Shown one piece after another: positions 1 through 12,938 of a stretch of DNA of 64,000 nucleotides. The stretch's first letter is position 1. Every line of letters begins with the position of its first letter. This DNA is from a bacterium (lineage in GTDB: Bacteria > Zhuqueibacterota > Zhuqueibacteria > Oceanimicrobiales > Oceanimicrobiaceae): the NCBI GenBank assembly GCA_046757525.1, contig JBHHYI010000001.1, positions 1 through 64,000 on the forward strand, in the 5' to 3' direction. The notes under the pieces were generated by a model. It saw nothing but the letters and a program-made list of their open reading frames with translations, searched no databases and was not told where the DNA came from. The position numbers were made by a program, and so were the translations under genes.

Positions 1-44
1 TGCCTGATTGGTCGCGGGTTCGAGTAAGAGAGGGTTTTGGATTG

Positions 45-117
45 GCGGGAGTAACTCAGTTGGTAGAGTCACAGCCTTCCAAGCTGTTGGTCGCGGGTTC
101 GAGTCCCGTCTCCCGCT
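45..117 (+). tRNA. tRNA-Gly (TCC)
   Basis: Acceptor GCGGGAG/CTCCCGC; anticodon arm ACAGC-CT TCC AA-GCTGT (TCC 78-80); GGTTCGAGTCC T arm; CCA not encoded. Confidence 0.97.
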
Positions 118-227
118 CGAAGTACATTTGGATTTTGAATGTCAACGACCTCGATTCGGTTGTTTCTGCGTACCAGTTGAAGCGTCATCAAGGGAGGGGT
201 TCGAATAACTACCTGATCGACACTGTC

Positions 228-300
<73 letters not shown>

Positions 301-356
301 CTAACAATCGAAACTTGGGTGTCATTTATTGAACTTACTAATTTTGCAAATCTACT

Positions 357-506
357 ATGCGTGTGCTGGTGATTCTTGAGTGTACGGCTTGTAAACAACG
401 GAATTATACGACCACAAAGAACAAGTCCAAACATACAGGACGAGTGGAGTTCAAGAAGTATTGTCCGTTTTGCAACAAGCACGTTCTGCACAAAGAGACG
501 CGGTGA
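357..506 (+). CDS. rpmG: 50S ribosomal protein bL33 (Zn-ribbon type), 49 aa, not in ORF track
   Basis: Manual translation [49 protein letters not shown]; canonical position before tRNA-Trp-secE. Confidence 0.96.
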   Translation: MRVLVILECTACKQRNYTTTKNKSKHTGRVEFKKYCPFCNKHVLHKETR

Positions 507-534
507 AGCGTTCATTCATGTTGAGCGCAGTCTT

Positions 535-607
535 AGGTGAGTAGCTCAACTGGTAGAGCACTGGTCTCCAAAACCAGCGGTTGCGGGTTCAAGTCCTGCC
601 TCACCTG
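535..607 (+). tRNA. tRNA-Trp (CCA)
   Basis: Acceptor AGGTGAG/CTCACCT; anticodon arm CTGGT-CT CCA AA-ACCAG; T loop GGTTCAAGTCC. Confidence 0.97.
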
Positions 608-646
608 CGAAATCAATGCGAATCAAATAATTGGTGAAAGAATTAG

Positions 647-835
647 ATGAAAGTTTTTGAAAAACCAATGAAGTTTTTTACCGACGTCAACGTGGAGATG
701 TCGAAGGTGAGTTGGCCGACTTACGAAGAGCTCAAAGAGTCTACCATAATCGTGATCGTCCTATCGTTGATCTTCACCGTTCTTGTTTTTGGAGCTGATA
801 CAATCTTAAACAGACTGATCAAACTGATTTATTAG
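647..835 (+). CDS. secE: Preprotein translocase subunit SecE
   Basis: EMSKVSWPT motif plus one TM helix; upstream of nusG. Confidence 0.95.
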   Translation: MKVFEKPMKFFTDVNVEMSKVSWPTYEELKESTIIVIVLSLIFTVLVFGADTILNRLIKLIY

Positions 836-844
836 GGAATTATA

Positions 845-1387
845 TTGTCCGAAGATGAAAAAAAATGGTTTGCCATCCATATTCTTTCTGGTCATGAAAA
901 GAAGGTGAAGGCCTACTTAGAGAGCGAGGTGAAAACACTTGGCTTGCAGGATAAGATTTCCCAGGTGTTGATTCCGTCCGAGGAAGTGACCGAAATGAAG
1001 GAAGGCAAACGACGGGTCAAGAATAGGGTGTTTTTCCCGGGTTACATGCTTGTTGAAATGGTCATGGATAAAGAGACGCGACATGTGATACTAAACATCC
1101 CCGGGGTCACAAATTTTGTCGGCCCCAAGAACAACCCGGAGCCGCTGCATCAAGAAGAGATCGACAGAATTTTGGGTCGTGTTGAGAGCGGCAAGGAGAA
1201 AGTGGTCTTGGATGTGCCTTTCCGTTTGGGGGACCCCATTAAAGTTACCGACGGCCCTTTTTCGGAATTTACCGGATTTGTTGAGGAGATCAACAAGGAC
1301 AAGAAAAAAGTTAAAGTCATGGTGAGCATTTTCGGGAGAGCAACGCCCGTTGAATTGGATTTTATGCAAGTTGAATTAGAAAAATAG
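845..1387 (+). CDS. nusG: Transcription termination/antitermination factor NusG (TTG start)
   Basis: FPGY motif, KOW domain GPFSEFTG, SIFGRATPVEL. Confidence 0.98.
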   Translation: MSEDEKKWFAIHILSGHEKKVKAYLESEVKTLGLQDKISQVLIPSEEVTEMKEGKRRVKNRVFFPGYMLVEMVMDKETRHVILNIPGVTNFVGPKNNPEPLHQEEIDRILGRVESGKEKVVLDVPFRLGDPIKVTDGPFSEFTGFVEEINKDKKKVKVMVSIFGRATPVELDFMQVELEK

Positions 1388-1410
1388 CAAATCTTAGAGG
1401 TTGAACTGGT

Positions 1411-1833
1411 ATGGCAAAAAAAGTGATCGCGACCATTAAATTGCAAATTCCAGCAGGGAGTGCCAACCCGTCGCCGCCGGTAGGGCCTGCATTGGGCCAG
1501 GCCGGCGTAAACATAATGGAATTCTGTAAAGCGTTTAACGCCCGCACTCATGACAAGCAGGGGTTGATCATTCCTGCCGTGATTACAGTTTACGCGGATC
1601 GTACCTTTACATTTATAACGAAGTCGCCGCCTGCCCCCGTGCTCTTGAAAAAGGCGGCCGGGCTCGAGAAGGGCTCCGGTGAGCCCAACAGAAATAAGGT
1701 GGGAAAGGTAAACCGGGACCAATTGAAGGAAATTGCAGAACTGAAGATGGAAGACTTAAACGCTAACGATATCGATGCGGCCATCAACATGATCGCAGGT
1801 ACAGCCCGCAGCATGGGAATTGTCGTCGAATAA
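1411..1833 (+). CDS. rplK: 50S ribosomal protein uL11
   Basis: [13 protein letters not shown]...[11 protein letters not shown]. Confidence 0.99.
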   Translation: MAKKVIATIKLQIPAGSANPSPPVGPALGQAGVNIMEFCKAFNARTHDKQGLIIPAVITVYADRTFTFITKSPPAPVLLKKAAGLEKGSGEPNRNKVGKVNRDQLKEIAELKMEDLNANDIDAAINMIAGTARSMGIVVE

Positions 1834-1848
1834 CGCAGGGGCATTGTC

Positions 1849-2553
1849 ATGAAAAAAATGAGCAAAAGATACAAAGAGGTACGGGAAAGGGTGGAAAGCG
1901 GCAGAGACTATTCCATTGATGATGCCATAAAGCTGATCAAGGAAACAGCCAAGGCAAAATTCGATGAGTCGGTGGAGGTTTCGGTGAACCTTGGTGTTGA
2001 TCCCAGGCATGCCGATCAACTGGTGCGAGGTACGGTGTCGCTGCCTCACGGTACTGGCAAGGATGTGAAGGTGTTGGTGTTGACCAAGGGCGACAAGGAA
2101 AAAGAGGCCGAAGAGGCGGGGGCCGACTTTGTTGGATTTGATGAATACATCAACAAGATTAACCAGGGCTGGTTTGGGTTTGATGTTGTGGTGGCAACGC
2201 CCAATGTCATGTCTGAGGTGGGCAAGCTTGGCCGGGTCCTGGGCCCACGTGGTTTGATGCCGAACCCAAAGAGTGGCACGGTCACCATGGAGGTAGACAA
2301 AGCCGTCAAAGAGCTAAAAGCCGGGAAGATTGAATTCAGGGTGGACAAATATGGCATCCTGCACCTAGCTATCGGTAAGTCTTCATTCGAAGATCAGCAG
2401 ATTCGCGACAACTTGTTGGCCTTTTTAGATACGGTGGTCAGGTTGAAGCCAGCCTCCTCAAAGGGTCAATATATCCGCAAAGTGACCCTGGCCAACACCA
2501 TGGGGCCAGGAATCACCGTGGACCGTAACGCGTTAATTGAAGCAGTGAGATAA
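1849..2553 (+). CDS. rplA: 50S ribosomal protein uL1
   Basis: AKFDESVE, LGPRGLMPNPKSGTV, TMGPG. Confidence 0.99.
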   Translation: MKKMSKRYKEVRERVESGRDYSIDDAIKLIKETAKAKFDESVEVSVNLGVDPRHADQLVRGTVSLPHGTGKDVKVLVLTKGDKEKEAEEAGADFVGFDEYINKINQGWFGFDVVVATPNVMSEVGKLGRVLGPRGLMPNPKSGTVTMEVDKAVKELKAGKIEFRVDKYGILHLAIGKSSFEDQQIRDNLLAFLDTVVRLKPASSKGQYIRKVTLANTMGPGITVDRNALIEAVR

Positions 2554-2594
2554 CTGGTTAATCATAGACAAAGATAGAAAGACGGGGTAGAGGT

Positions 2595-3119
2595 ATGGCA
2601 AGGCCGGAAAAAGTCGCTGTGGTTGAAGAGGTCGCCAGTAAAATCAAAGATGCAAAGAGCGTTTTCTTAACCGACTTCACGGGTTTAAACGTCGAGGAGA
2701 TCAACAAATTGCGCCGGTCGTTCAGGGCGGCCTCGGTGGAATACCGCGTCGTCAAGAATACTCTGGCCAGGCTCTCCTGTAAAGCTGCAGGTCATGAGGA
2801 GTTGGTGGAGTATTTGGAGGGCCCCACAGCCCTGGCTTTTGGGGAATCGGATCCGGTTACGCCGGCTAAAGTCATTACCGAATTTGCCAGAAAAACAGAC
2901 AAACCTAAGATTAAAGCTTGTTTGTTTGAAGGGGTTCTGGTCGGCACCGACAGGATGGGTGAGATTGCGTCTTTGCCTTCAAAGAACGAATTGATTGCCA
3001 AACTGTTGGGCACCATGAATGCCCCTCTCACCGGACTGGCCGTTTCACTCAGCGGCATTTTGAGAAATTTGGCTTACGCACTCCAAGCCGTCAAGAAACA
3101 GAAAGAGAATTCTAAATAG
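2595..3119 (+). CDS. rplJ: 50S ribosomal protein uL10
   Basis: VVKNTLAR, GPTALAF, LPSKNELIAKLL; position between rplA and rplL. Confidence 0.97.
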   Translation: MARPEKVAVVEEVASKIKDAKSVFLTDFTGLNVEEINKLRRSFRAASVEYRVVKNTLARLSCKAAGHEELVEYLEGPTALAFGESDPVTPAKVITEFARKTDKPKIKACLFEGVLVGTDRMGEIASLPSKNELIAKLLGTMNAPLTGLAVSLSGILRNLAYALQAVKKQKENSK

Positions 3120-3157
3120 TCAAAAAGTTATTAAGCACTTGATTTCTGGAGGTCAAT

Positions 3158-3622
3158 ATGGCTGAAGCTAATGAAGCAGTCGTTGAAAAAGAAAAAACTA
3201 CCAAGAAGCCCACGAAAAAAGCGAAAAAGGCTGGGAACGGTAGTGTTGATGCCTTGTTGGAAACCATAGAAAATATGACGGTTTTAGAACTTTCCAACCT
3301 GGTTAAAGCGATCGAAGATCGATTTGGCGTCTCGGCACAGGCTCCGGTGGTTGCGGCAGTAGGTGGGGTAGCTGCTCCTGGTGCTTCCCCCGAAGCAGCA
3401 GAAGAGGAAAAGTCAGAATTTGACGTTGTGCTGACTGCCGTTGGCGACAAGAAGATTCAGGTCATTAAAGTGGTTCGTTCGGTCACCAGTTTGGGTCTGA
3501 AGGAAGCCAAGGATCTGGTTGATGGCGCGCCGAATGCGGTTAAGGAGGGCGTCTCGAAAGAAGAGGCGGAGGATTTGAAGAAAAAACTCGAGGAAGTGGG
3601 GGCTTCCGTAGAAATCAAATAA
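3158..3622 (+). CDS. rplL: 50S ribosomal protein bL12 (L7/L12) with N-terminal extension
   Basis: MTVLELS...[10 protein letters not shown]...KIQVIKVVR...[18 protein letters not shown] at 3148-3153. Confidence 0.98.
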   Translation: MAEANEAVVEKEKTTKKPTKKAKKAGNGSVDALLETIENMTVLELSNLVKAIEDRFGVSAQAPVVAAVGGVAAPGASPEAAEEEKSEFDVVLTAVGDKKIQVIKVVRSVTSLGLKEAKDLVDGAPNAVKEGVSKEEAEDLKKKLEEVGASVEIK

Positions 3623-3665
3623 GTTTCTTCGATTTTCCTGCCAATTAATTAAGGTGAGGCATTGC

Positions 3666-6600
3666 ATGTCTACTAAAAAGATTAGGAAATCTTTTTCAAA
3701 ACTTTCGCAAGTCATTGATCTGCCGGATTTGTTGGATATTCAATTGAAATCCTTCAAGGAATTCATGCAGGATGATCTGCCGCCCGACAAAAGAGCGAAT
3801 AAGGGGCTTCAGGCTGTATTTAATACCATATTCCCCATTGTAGACAGTCGCGAAAACTTTATTCTGGAATTTGTGGATTATTACATCGAAAAGCCCAAAT
3901 ATTCAGTGGATGAATGTCAAGAGCGGGGCGTAACCTATGCTGTGCCATTAAAGGCAAAGTTGAGGCTTTCAATAAGGGATGAGTATAGCGAAAGTAAGGA
4001 TTATTTAGACACGATTGAACAGGTCGTCTATTTGGGCAACATCCCCTATATGACACACCGGGGTACCTTCATTATCAACGGTGCCGAAAGAATTGTGGTG
4101 AGTCAATTGCACCGTTCCCCCGGCGTCTTTTTCGATGAGCTAACCCACCCCAACGGGCAAAAATTGTATTCGGCCAGAATCATACCGCTTCGGGGCTCCT
4201 GGGTGGAATTCACCACCGATATCAACGACGTCATGTACGTGTATATCGATCGGCGCAAAAAATTCCCCGTCACCACCTTGCTCAGAGCTCTGGGTTATTC
4301 AAGCGATGGCGAATTGTTAAATCTTTTCAACTTGGTCGATGAGGTTCAAGTCAAAAGCAAGAAGGTTAAAGATTATATCGGCAGAATCTCGATTGCGGAC
4401 GTCATCAACAAGGAAACCGGGGAGCTGTTATTGGAGAAGGACGCCGAGTTGACCGAAGAAGCGCTGGAGAACATCAAGCAAAGCGATATCGACTCTCTTA
4501 AGTTCTTGAAACCTGACGGTTATTTGGGGCCTGAAGTCATCAGTAACACGCTTAAGAAGGACGCCTCCAAATCAGAGGCCGATGCGCTGGAGGCCATCTA
4601 TCGCCTTCTCAGGTCGGGCGATGCGCCTGACTTAGATACGGCACGCAGTTTAATCGACCGCATGTTTTTCAATCCCAAGCGGTACGATTTAGGGGAGGTA
4701 GGGCGCTACCGCGTGAACAAAAAGCTCGGTCTCAATATTGACCTGGCAACAACCGTTCTGACCCGCGAAGATATTACTTCCATTATTAAGTATTTGCTTG
4801 AACTGCGCGCCGGGCGCAGAGGTTCGGACGATATTGACCACCTTGGCAACCGACGGATTAGAACGGTTGGCGAGCAACTTTCGGCGCAAATGAGTTTGGG
4901 ATTGTCGAGAATGGCCCGCACCATAAAAGAGCGCATGAACTTGCGCGATAGTGAAAACCTCACGCCGCAAGATCTGGTCAATGCTCGAACGATTTTTTCC
5001 GTGATCAACACCTTTTTCGGCACCAGCCAACTGTCGCAGTTTATGGATCAAACAAATCCTCTGGCCGAATTGACACACAAGCGCAGGTTGTCTGCCCTGG
5101 GACCGGGCGGCTTGACACGTGAAAGAGCTGGCTTTGAGGTCAGAGACGTGCACTACACCCATTATGGCCGCCTTTGTCCTATCGAAACGCCTGAAGGACC
5201 CAACATTGGTTTGATTTCCTCGTTGACAACGTTTGCGCGCATCAATGACTTCGGATTTATTGAAACGCCCTACCGTAAAGCTGCCAAGGGTAAAGTGGAG
5301 AACAGCATCGATTACCTGTCGGCGGACGACGAGGATCAATATGTGATCGCTCAGGCCAATGCGCCGCTTGACAAGAATGGCAAGTTTGTGCGGGACCGGG
5401 TCAAGTCTCGGTACCGCGGTGATTTTCCAGTGGTTCCCCCCACAGAAGTCAACTACATGGACGTTTCTCCCAATCAAATCGTATCGGCAGCGGCGGCGCT
5501 GATTCCGTTCCTGGAGCACGATGATGCCAACCGTGCTTTGATGGGTTCAAACATGCAGCGACAGGGCGTGCCTCTGCTCAAGACGGAGGCGCCCATGGTT
5601 GGCACGGGTATGGAAGCTAAAGTTGCCAGGGACTCCAGGGCCATGGTGGTCAGCGACGTCAAGGGTACGGTGGAAAAAGTTAGTGCCAATGAGATTGTGG
5701 TCAGAAAGCATTCCCAGAGGAGCAGCAAAATCAATCCCGAAGCGCTCTTGGATTTTAACGAAACCGATGTTGTAAAGTATGAGCTCAAGAAGTTTGCTCG
5801 CACTAATCAAGATACGTGTATTAACCAGAAGCCAATTGTTCGAGAGGGGCAAGAGGTCGAGAAAGGGGATGTCCTGGCTGATGGTTGCGCAACCGATGGC
5901 GGGGAATTGGCCCTGGGCAGAAATGTGCTGGTGGCCTATATGCCATGGCGCGGTTACAATTTTGAGGATGCCATCGTTATTTCTGAGCGCGTTGTCCAGG
6001 AAGACGTCTACACCTCGATCCACATTGAGGAGTTCGAACTTCAGGTGCGCGACACCAAGCGAGGGGAAGAGGAGCTCACCAAGGAAATCCCCAACGTGAG
6101 CGAGGAGACGACCAAGGATTTAGATGAAAATGGAATCATTCGCGTGGGCGCTGAGGTTCAATCGGGCGACATCCTGGTGGGTAAGGTGACGCCAAAAGGC
6201 GAAACCGATCCCACTCCCGAAGAAAAGTTGTTGAAAGCCATTTTCGGTGAAAAAGCGGGGGATGTCAAAGATGCGTCGCTGAAGGCCCCTCCAGGCATGA
6301 AGGGCGTGGTGATCGATACGAAGTTGTTTACCAGGAAGAAGAAAGATGTCAAGACCAAGAAACAGGACAAGAAAAGGCTTGATGAGTTGGAACATTGGTA
6401 CAACTCCGAGCAAGCAAGGATGAAAAAGTTCAGAGATGAGAAGTTGATCCAGATTTTGAACGGTCACACTGCCACTTCGATTCGCGACAAGAACACCGGC
6501 AAGGTCCTGGTTCGTGCCAACACGCAATTGACGGAAGAAAAGTTAAGAGAGATTGATTTTGAATCTGTTGACTATTCCGCAGACATTTGTGAAAGCAAGA

Positions 6601-7466
6601 AGATAAATGACCTGGTCAACGACATCTGGGCAGCCTATTACAAAAAGCTTTATGAATTAGATGAAGAATTAGAGAACAGAAAATTCAAAATCGTGGTCGG
6701 AGATGAGTTGCCACCGGGCATCGTGCAACTGGCCAAGGTGTATGTTGCAAAAAAGCGAAAGTTGATGGTCGGCGACAAGATGGCGGGTCGGCACGGGAAC
6801 AAAGGTGTGGTGGCCAGAATTGTACCTGTGGAGGATATGCCGTACTTGGCCGACGGCACGCCGGTGGACATCGTGTTGAATCCCTTAGGAGTGCCTTCGA
6901 GAATGAACCTGGGACAAATCTTCGAAGCTAATCTTGGTTGGGCTGCGCATGAATTAGGCGTGAACTATGCCACGCCAGTCTTTGACGGCGCCACTCATGA
7001 AGAAGTCAAGAACGAAATACGCAAAGCTGGGTTGCCTGAGGATGGCAAAACCATTGTGTTCGATGGAAGAACGGGTGAGCAGATAGATAGCCCCGTCTCT
7101 GTCGGCTACATTTACATTCTGAAGTTGTCACATCTCGTGGAAGACAAGATTCATGCCCGATCTATTGGGCCGTATTCCCTGATTACGCAGCAGCCTCTGG
7201 GAGGCAAGGCGCAGTTTGGAGGCCAACGATTTGGTGAGATGGAAGTTTGGGCGTTGGAAGCTTACGGCGCCGCCCATACGCTGCAAGAAATACTGACGGT
7301 TAAATCCGACGATGTGCGTGGAAGGTCCAAGGTGTACGAAGCCATCGTTAAGGGAGATAATTTGCCTGAGCCCGGATTGCCGGAATCGTTCAATGTCTTA
7401 ATACGAGAATTACAGGGCTTGGGGCTGGACATCGAGTTGTTAGACGGCAACGGTCGGAAGCCTTGA
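3666..7466 (+). CDS. rpoB: RNA polymerase beta subunit
   Basis: [46 protein letters not shown] 3666 preferred over in-frame GTG 3654. Confidence 0.99.
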   Translation: MSTKKIRKSFSKLSQVIDLPDLLDIQLKSFKEFMQDDLPPDKRANKGLQAVFNTIFPIVDSRENFILEFVDYYIEKPKYSVDECQERGVTYAVPLKAKLRLSIRDEYSESKDYLDTIEQVVYLGNIPYMTHRGTFIINGAERIVVSQLHRSPGVFFDELTHPNGQKLYSARIIPLRGSWVEFTTDINDVMYVYIDRRKKFPVTTLLRALGYSSDGELLNLFNLVDEVQVKSKKVKDYIGRISIADVINKETGELLLEKDAELTEEALENIKQSDIDSLKFLKPDGYLGPEVISNTLKKDASKSEADALEAIYRLLRSGDAPDLDTARSLIDRMFFNPKRYDLGEVGRYRVNKKLGLNIDLATTVLTREDITSIIKYLLELRAGRRGSDDIDHLGNRRIRTVGEQLSAQMSLGLSRMARTIKERMNLRDSENLTPQDLVNARTIFSVINTFFGTSQLSQFMDQTNPLAELTHKRRLSALGPGGLTRERAGFEVRDVHYTHYGRLCPIETPEGPNIGLISSLTTFARINDFGFIETPYRKAAKGKVENSIDYLSADDEDQYVIAQANAPLDKNGKFVRDRVKSRYRGDFPVVPPTEVNYMDVSPNQIVSAAAALIPFLEHDDANRALMGSNMQRQGVPLLKTEAPMVGTGMEAKVARDSRAMVVSDVKGTVEKVSANEIVVRKHSQRSSKINPEALLDFNETDVVKYELKKFARTNQDTCINQKPIVREGQEVEKGDVLADGCATDGGELALGRNVLVAYMPWRGYNFEDAIVISERVVQEDVYTSIHIEEFELQVRDTKRGEEELTKEIPNVSEETTKDLDENGIIRVGAEVQSGDILVGKVTPKGETDPTPEEKLLKAIFGEKAGDVKDASLKAPPGMKGVVIDTKLFTRKKKDVKTKKQDKKRLDELEHWYNSEQARMKKFRDEKLIQILNGHTATSIRDKNTGKVLVRANTQLTEEKLREIDFESVDYSADICESKKINDLVNDIWAAYYKKLYELDEELENRKFKIVVGDELPPGIVQLAKVYVAKKRKLMVGDKMAGRHGNKGVVARIVPVEDMPYLADGTPVDIVLNPLGVPSRMNLGQIFEANLGWAAHELGVNYATPVFDGATHEEVKNEIRKAGLPEDGKTIVFDGRTGEQIDSPVSVGYIYILKLSHLVEDKIHARSIGPYSLITQQPLGGKAQFGGQRFGEMEVWALEAYGAAHTLQEILTVKSDDVRGRSKVYEAIVKGDNLPEPGLPESFNVLIRELQGLGLDIELLDGNGRKP

Positions 7467-7549
7467 TAGTTCGGCGAGACATTTTTCTATCTTAAGCTAT
7501 TACCTTAACCTATATTTAAGGATGCTAAATCCTATTAGGAGGTGTGACC

Positions 7550-10500
7550 TTGGCATATTTTAATAGACAAGAAGGTCCCGCAAGCAAATCTTTTGATGCA
7601 ATGTCGATCAGTTTGTCTTCCCCGGACAAGATTCTCGAACGATCTTATGGCGAAGTAACCAAGCCAGAAACGATCAATTATCGCTCGTTCAAGCCCGAGA
7701 AAGATGGTCTTTTCTGTGAAAAGATCTTCGGGCCAGTGCGAGACTGGGAGTGTCATTGCGGAAAATACAAGCGCATCCGATATAAAGGAATTATCTGCGA
7801 CCGGTGCGGCGTCGAGGTTACCACAAAAAGCGTAAGAAGAGAACGAATGGGCCATATTTCTCTGGCCGTGCCCGTGGTGCACATCTGGTACTGGAAATCT
7901 CTTCCAACTAAGATTGGATATTTGCTTGGTTTAAGCGCAAAGAACCTGGAAAGAATTATCTATTATGAGTCTTATGTGGTGATTGAGCCTGGTAACACCG
8001 GGTTAAAAGCAAAGGATTTGATTAGCGAAGAGGAGTATTTCCGCTTATTGAGCGAGTTTCCTGAACAATCCAAAAATGGCCAGGAAGACAACAAGCCGTT
8101 TGTTGCCAAAATTGGCGGAGAAGCCATTTTGGAACTGCTACGAAATACGGACGTCCAACAGCTTTCTTTGGACCTGAGAAAACAGGTTAAGGAAGAGACC
8201 TCCCATCAGAGAAAGAACGAGGCGCTAAAACGACTCAAAGTGATTGAGGCGGTGAAGAAGAGTGCCAATCGTTCGGAATGGATGGTGCTTTCCGTGATTC
8301 CGGTCATTCCTCCGGAGCTGCGCCCGCTGGTGCCTTTGGAAGGCGGCCGCTTCGCGACCAGCGATCTTAATGATCTGTACCGCCGGGTAATAATCAGAAA
8401 CAATCGACTGCGCAAGTTGATGGAAATCAAGGCTCCGGAAGTTATTCTGCGAAATGAGAAGCGCATGCTGCAGGAGGCTGTCGATGCTCTATTTGATAAC
8501 GGTAGGAAGTCGGCGGCGGTTCGCGGAGACGGCAACCGGCCTTTGAAGTCGTTGTCTGACATGCTGCGGGGAAAGCAAGGGCGGTTCCGCCAAAATCTAT
8601 TGGGCAAGCGCATCGACTACTCCGGCCGTTCGGTGATCGTGGTCGGCCCGGAACTGAAACTGCACGAATGTGGCCTGCCCAAGGAAATGGCACTGGAGTT
8701 GTTCAAGCCTTTTGTCATTCGCCATTTGGTGCAGCGAGGGCTGGTTAAGACCGTAAAGAGTGCTAAGAAATTAGTCGATCGTCGTGGTTCTGAAGTTTGG
8801 GACATCCTGGAAGAAATCATCGAAGATCACCCTGTCATGCTCAACCGGGCCCCGACGCTGCATCGTTTGGGCATTCAGGCTTTTCAACCGGTGTTGATTG
8901 AGGGAAAAGCCATTCGAATTCATCCTCTGGTTTGCGCGGCTTTCAATGCGGACTTTGATGGCGACCAAATGGCTGTTCACGTGCCTCTTTCGTACTATGC
9001 TCAAATCGAGACCCGTCTGCTCATGCTTTCGAGCCACAACATCCTGTCTCCAGCCAACGGCCGGCCGTTGGCAATCCCGAGTCAGGATATCGTCATGGGA
9101 ATCTATTATCTTACGAAAATGAAGCCTGGCGATAAAGGAGAAAACAAAATGTTTTCATCGCCGGTGGAAGTGCGGATCGCCCATCATGACGGCAAGTTGG
9201 GGTTGCATGCACGGATCAAGGTTAGAATAGACGGGGAGTTGGTGGAGACCACCACGGGCCGGGTCCTGTTCAACGAAGTCGTCCCTGAAGAACTCGGATT
9301 TGTTAATGAGCTCGTGACTAAACGTCGGCTGGAAGAAATCGTTTCGGACGTCTACAAAAAATATGGCAACTATCGCACGGCCATGTTCCTGGACGAGTTA
9401 AAGTCCCTGGGGTTTGATTATTCTATGAAATCTGGTGTGACGGTTGGCATCGAGGATGTTCGAATCCCGGAAGAAAAGTCTGCCTTGCTCAATGATGCGG
9501 TTTCCAAGGTCAACACCATCCAAAAACAATACGAAAAAGGGGTCATCACCGATGGGGAGCGCTACAATAAGATCATCGACATCTGGACTAGGACCACCAG
9601 CGATGTGGCGGAGACCATGTTTAGCCACTTAGAAAAGGAGCGCGATGGCTTCAATCCAATCTACATGATGGCTGATTCCGGTGCTCGAGGTTCCAAGGAG
9701 CAAATCAGACAGTTGGCTGGTATGCGAGGCTTAATGGCCAAGCCGCAAAAGAAGATGACCGGACAAATGGGCGAAATCATCGAAGACCCCATCACCTCGA
9801 ATTTCAGGGAAGGGCTTTCGGTTTTAGAGTATTTCATTTCGACCCACGGAGCCAGAAAGGGACTGGCAGATACCGCTTTGAAGACGGCAGATGCCGGTTA
9901 TCTCACCAGACGTTTAGTGGATGTGGCCCAGGATGTGATTGTTACGGAAATGGACTGCAATACCATTTTGGGCATAAGAATCGGTGATCTGAAGGAAGGC
10001 GAGGACGTCATTGAGCCTTTAAAAGACCGCATTCTGGGGCGGTTCGCTGCCGAAGACGTATTCGATCCGGAAACTCAGGAGATCATTGTTGAAGCTGGTA
10101 AGTTGATCGATGAAGAAATCGCTGAACAGATTTCTGCTTCTGGCATAGAGTCGGTCAGCATCCGGTCGGTATTGACCTGCGAAGCCAAGCGTGGCGTTTG
10201 TGCGGCCTGTTATGGTCGTAACTTGGCTACCAGTAACCTGGTTGAAATCGGAGAAGCGGTTGGTGTCATGGCTGCTCAATCCATTGGGGAGCCGGGCACT
10301 CAGTTGACGCTTCGTACCTTCCACATTGGTGGCACGGCCTCCCGCATTGCTGCCCAATCGCAAGTAGTTGCCAAGCATGAAGGCAAAGTTCAGTTTGAGA
10401 ATCTCAAGTTCGTGAATCACGCTGAAGGTGGCATGATTGCCATCGGCAGGAACGGCAAGCTGAAAATTGTGGATGACAACAACCGGGTTGTGGCGCAATA

Positions 10501-11785
10501 CATCGTGCCTTACGGTGCCCGCATTCTTACCAAGGAAGATGAATTTGTGGAAAAAGGCAAGATTGTTTTCCAGTGGGATCCGTACACGGCCAGCATTCTC
10601 TCTAACGACGACGGCATTGTCCGCTACAAGGATATAAAGGATAAAGTCACTCTGCGGGAAGAATTGGATGAAACCACTGGCTTAAAGCAACGAGTTATTA
10701 TTGAAACCCGGGCCCGCAATCTTAGTCCGCGAATCCATGTGGTGGACAAGGACGGGAAAATGTTGAGTTCGTACATTTTGCCTACCCGTTCCCATTTGCA
10801 GGTTTTTGATGGACAGGAAGTCACCGCTGGCGACGTATTGGTCAAAATACCTCGTGAGATCGCAAAAACACGTGACATCACCGGTGGCTTACCCCGAGTT
10901 GCCGAGCTGTTTGAAGCCAGAAAACCGAAGCAGCCCGCCACTGTCACTGAAATCGACGGCGTCATCAAATTTGGTGAAATCCGTAGGGGCGTCAGAAAGG
11001 TAAACGTAACATCGCGTGACGGCCAGGAAGAAAAGGTCTATCTCATTCCTTATGGCAAGCACGTGCTCGTGCACGACGGAGATTTTGTGCATGCCGGGGA
11101 GAAGTTGTGCGAAGGCAGCATTGCCCCCCAGGACATCTTGAACATCATGGGTCCAAATAAGGTGCAGGAATACCTGGTGAATGAGATTCAAGAGGTCTAT
11201 CGATTGCAAGGCGTGCGGATAAACGACAAACATATCGAGGTAATCGTGCGTCAAATGCTCCAGAAGGTCAAAATAGAAGACCCCGGCGACACCATGTATC
11301 TGGAAGGGGATCAGGTGGACAAGATCACTTTTCTCGAGGAGAATGAGCGGATACGCAATCAAGTTGTTGTCACCGAGGTCGGGGATTCTAAGCTCAAACT
11401 AAATGAATTGGTCGACAAAGAGGAATTCGAAAAAGTCAACCAGAAGCTTAAGGAGGCGGACAAAGCGGTGGCGGTAGCCAGACCGACACAACCGGCAACC
11501 TTTGTTCCCCTGCTGCTTGGGATCACTAAAGCTTCCCTGACCACAGAGAGTTTTATTTCTGCGGCTTCCTTTCAGGAGACCACACGCGTGCTCACCGATG
11601 CCTCGATCGAAGGCAAGGTGGACCATCTGCTAGGATTGAAAGAAAACGTGATTATGGGGCATTTGATTCCTGCTGGTACCGGGCTGAGCAGATACAAGAA
11701 GTTCAGAGTGTATTCTGAAGCCGAGTTGGAGCAAGACACGATTGTAGAGAAAGTCGAGGAGGAATATCAAAAAGCCGTAGGTTAA
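7550..11785 (+). CDS. rpoC: RNA polymerase beta' subunit
   Basis: Zn finger [34 protein letters not shown] 7550 fits SD AGGAGG (ORF track starts at GTG 7544). Confidence 0.99.
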   Translation: MAYFNRQEGPASKSFDAMSISLSSPDKILERSYGEVTKPETINYRSFKPEKDGLFCEKIFGPVRDWECHCGKYKRIRYKGIICDRCGVEVTTKSVRRERMGHISLAVPVVHIWYWKSLPTKIGYLLGLSAKNLERIIYYESYVVIEPGNTGLKAKDLISEEEYFRLLSEFPEQSKNGQEDNKPFVAKIGGEAILELLRNTDVQQLSLDLRKQVKEETSHQRKNEALKRLKVIEAVKKSANRSEWMVLSVIPVIPPELRPLVPLEGGRFATSDLNDLYRRVIIRNNRLRKLMEIKAPEVILRNEKRMLQEAVDALFDNGRKSAAVRGDGNRPLKSLSDMLRGKQGRFRQNLLGKRIDYSGRSVIVVGPELKLHECGLPKEMALELFKPFVIRHLVQRGLVKTVKSAKKLVDRRGSEVWDILEEIIEDHPVMLNRAPTLHRLGIQAFQPVLIEGKAIRIHPLVCAAFNADFDGDQMAVHVPLSYYAQIETRLLMLSSHNILSPANGRPLAIPSQDIVMGIYYLTKMKPGDKGENKMFSSPVEVRIAHHDGKLGLHARIKVRIDGELVETTTGRVLFNEVVPEELGFVNELVTKRRLEEIVSDVYKKYGNYRTAMFLDELKSLGFDYSMKSGVTVGIEDVRIPEEKSALLNDAVSKVNTIQKQYEKGVITDGERYNKIIDIWTRTTSDVAETMFSHLEKERDGFNPIYMMADSGARGSKEQIRQLAGMRGLMAKPQKKMTGQMGEIIEDPITSNFREGLSVLEYFISTHGARKGLADTALKTADAGYLTRRLVDVAQDVIVTEMDCNTILGIRIGDLKEGEDVIEPLKDRILGRFAAEDVFDPETQEIIVEAGKLIDEEIAEQISASGIESVSIRSVLTCEAKRGVCAACYGRNLATSNLVEIGEAVGVMAAQSIGEPGTQLTLRTFHIGGTASRIAAQSQVVAKHEGKVQFENLKFVNHAEGGMIAIGRNGKLKIVDDNNRVVAQYIVPYGARILTKEDEFVEKGKIVFQWDPYTASILSNDDGIVRYKDIKDKVTLREELDETTGLKQRVIIETRARNLSPRIHVVDKDGKMLSSYILPTRSHLQVFDGQEVTAGDVLVKIPREIAKTRDITGGLPRVAELFEARKPKQPATVTEIDGVIKFGEIRRGVRKVNVTSRDGQEEKVYLIPYGKHVLVHDGDFVHAGEKLCEGSIAPQDILNIMGPNKVQEYLVNEIQEVYRLQGVRINDKHIEVIVRQMLQKVKIEDPGDTMYLEGDQVDKITFLEENERIRNQVVVTEVGDSKLKLNELVDKEEFEKVNQKLKEADKAVAVARPTQPATFVPLLLGITKASLTTESFISAASFQETTRVLTDASIEGKVDHLLGLKENVIMGHLIPAGTGLSRYKKFRVYSEAELEQDTIVEKVEEEYQKAVG

Positions 11786-11825
11786 ATTGCTGTACGAAAA
11801 TATCTTAAAAATGCGTAAAAAAAAG

Positions 11826-11854
11826 TTGCTTTTTTAGAAAACTTTATCTATATT
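11826..11854 (+). promoter_or_regulatory. Putative sigma70 promoter of str operon
   Basis: TTGCTT-17 nt-TATATT upstream of rpsL. Confidence 0.6.
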
Positions 11855-11880
11855 AAACGCTCGTAATTTGAAGGAGATAG

Positions 11881-12725
<845 letters not shown>

Positions 12726-12774
12726 TCAGGAATTTTTGGGTTAAGACAAACTATTTAATTTGTTGGTAGCAGCT

Positions 12775-12803
12775 AAGGGAAGCGGTTTTTTACTTCCCTT
12801 TTT
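12775..12803 (+). terminator. Intrinsic terminator/attenuator-like hairpin between rpsG and fusA
   Basis: AAGGGAAG/CTTCCCTT stem ending in a T run. Confidence 0.5.
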
Positions 12804-12938
12804 CGTGCCTATTTGATCAATGAGAATGAAATTGTCGAGCTAAACAGAGAAAGCCTGACCTGCAAAACAATTTTCTCTCCACTCTTGAGAGGGAAAATCT
12901 TGAAAGGTTTTCTCTCGTAAAACTTGTGGAGTTTTTTT

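Noticed and set aside
2554..2594. L10 leader RNA before rplJ
   Set aside because: The spacer is only 41 nt, too short for the known structure.
4689..5519. 276-aa minus-strand ORF inside rpoB, and similar antisense ORFs in rpoC, fusA, hutU, glyA, rplU-rpmA, hslU and the subtilase
   Set aside because: Shadow ORFs of conserved + strand genes; no recognisable motifs.
3666..11785. Possible inteins, introns or rifampicin-resistance alleles in rpoB/rpoC
   Set aside because: Lengths are ordinary for FCB enzymes, no intein motifs were seen, and cluster I ([18 protein letters not shown]) looks wild type.
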